Source: Streblomastix strix (taxonomy: Eukaryota). Taken from it: a stretch of DNA of 37,893 nucleotides. Below the pieces are notes generated by a model. It was not told the origin of the DNA, searched no databases, and saw only the letters and a program-made list of their open reading frames with translations. The translations under genes were made by a program, and so were the position numbers. The DNA is taken from the NCBI GenBank assembly GCA_008636045.1, contig SNRW01000034.1, positions 1-37,893 on the forward strand, read 5' to 3'. Position 1 is the stretch's first letter. Each line of letters begins with the position of its first letter. This document shows, in pieces, positions 37,293 through 37,893 of this stretch.

Positions 37293-37893
37293 ACTTTTTT
37301 ATTTTTTTTTATTTTGTAGGTTCATATTACGATTAAACTGAAATTTAATAATAATTATTTTTTCATGTTTCGACTTTCTGTCACTTCGACTGGCATTTTT
37401 AATAGAACTCGTATAACTCAAAACACTTGGAGCACTCGGAACACTCAAAAGTCATTCATTAGCTAATCCAAATTATCGTGTTAAATATATGAAATTCATT
37501 AATGACCTTCTTTAGTAATGATATAAATATCCGAACTCAATTGCTAACCACTAAAGTAAAAGAATGGAGCTAAACACTAATTTCCAAATACAACCATTAT
37601 GTTATGAATTGATGTTAAACTTACTTTATTTATTTATATTTTTGACATTTATTTATTTCTTTAACCAAGGATAATATTTTGAGCATAAACTGATTTTTCA
37701 AATAATGATTATTTGAATGCTACATCGTTTAATTGAATATTTTATTTTTATATTATTTCTTTCAAACAATAATTATAATACCTTTCATTCTCATTAGGTT
37801 TTGGATTATAAAACTACTATACGATGACTGTTTTTCAGTACCTTAACTTTTTCACGATGATTTGAGATCAATCCTCCACGATTCTAGTAAAAT

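Larger units (their letters stand above)
19007..37893. repeat. Right arm of giant inverted repeat
   Basis: Mirror of 1-18887; all spot checks were identical. Confidence 0.97.

Noticed and set aside
1..37893. Linear virus or plasmid genome with giant TIRs or a hairpin telomere
   Set aside because: The arms contain intron-rich host genes and decayed debris, the centre interrupts a host gene, and I saw no capsid, packaging ATPase or protelomerase.

Overview
AT-rich eukaryotic DNA that uses TAA/TAG = Gln and TGA = stop (translation table 6), with short AT-rich GT-AG introns. The gene families suggest an oxymonad such as Streblomastix; this is inference. The supplied ORF track used the wrong code and breaks real genes into pieces. 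The whole window is one giant inverted repeat: arms 1-18887 and 19007-37893 (position i pairs with 37894-i) around a 119-bp spacer. The spacer holds an exon of a 5'-truncated ARM-repeat gene, so a fold-back chimera (MDA or assembly) is the most likely origin. Every feature therefore appears twice. Unique content of the left arm, in order: mobile-element debris (possible PolB C-terminus, SF3/D5 helicase fragment, iterated 8/9-bp motif clusters, a MITE); a degraded hypothetical gene; an ARM-like/coiled-coil/SPRY-like/RRM fusion gene; a gag-like ORF preceded by a 13-8-13 dyad; a near-complete Prim-Pol + D5-helicase gene bracketed by 76-bp iteron-containing direct repeats; a 314-bp AGTAGT-ended mini-element; a tyrosine-recombinase remnant; a SAXO-like gene; and the ARM-repeat gene. 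All translations were done by hand and no database searches were run.
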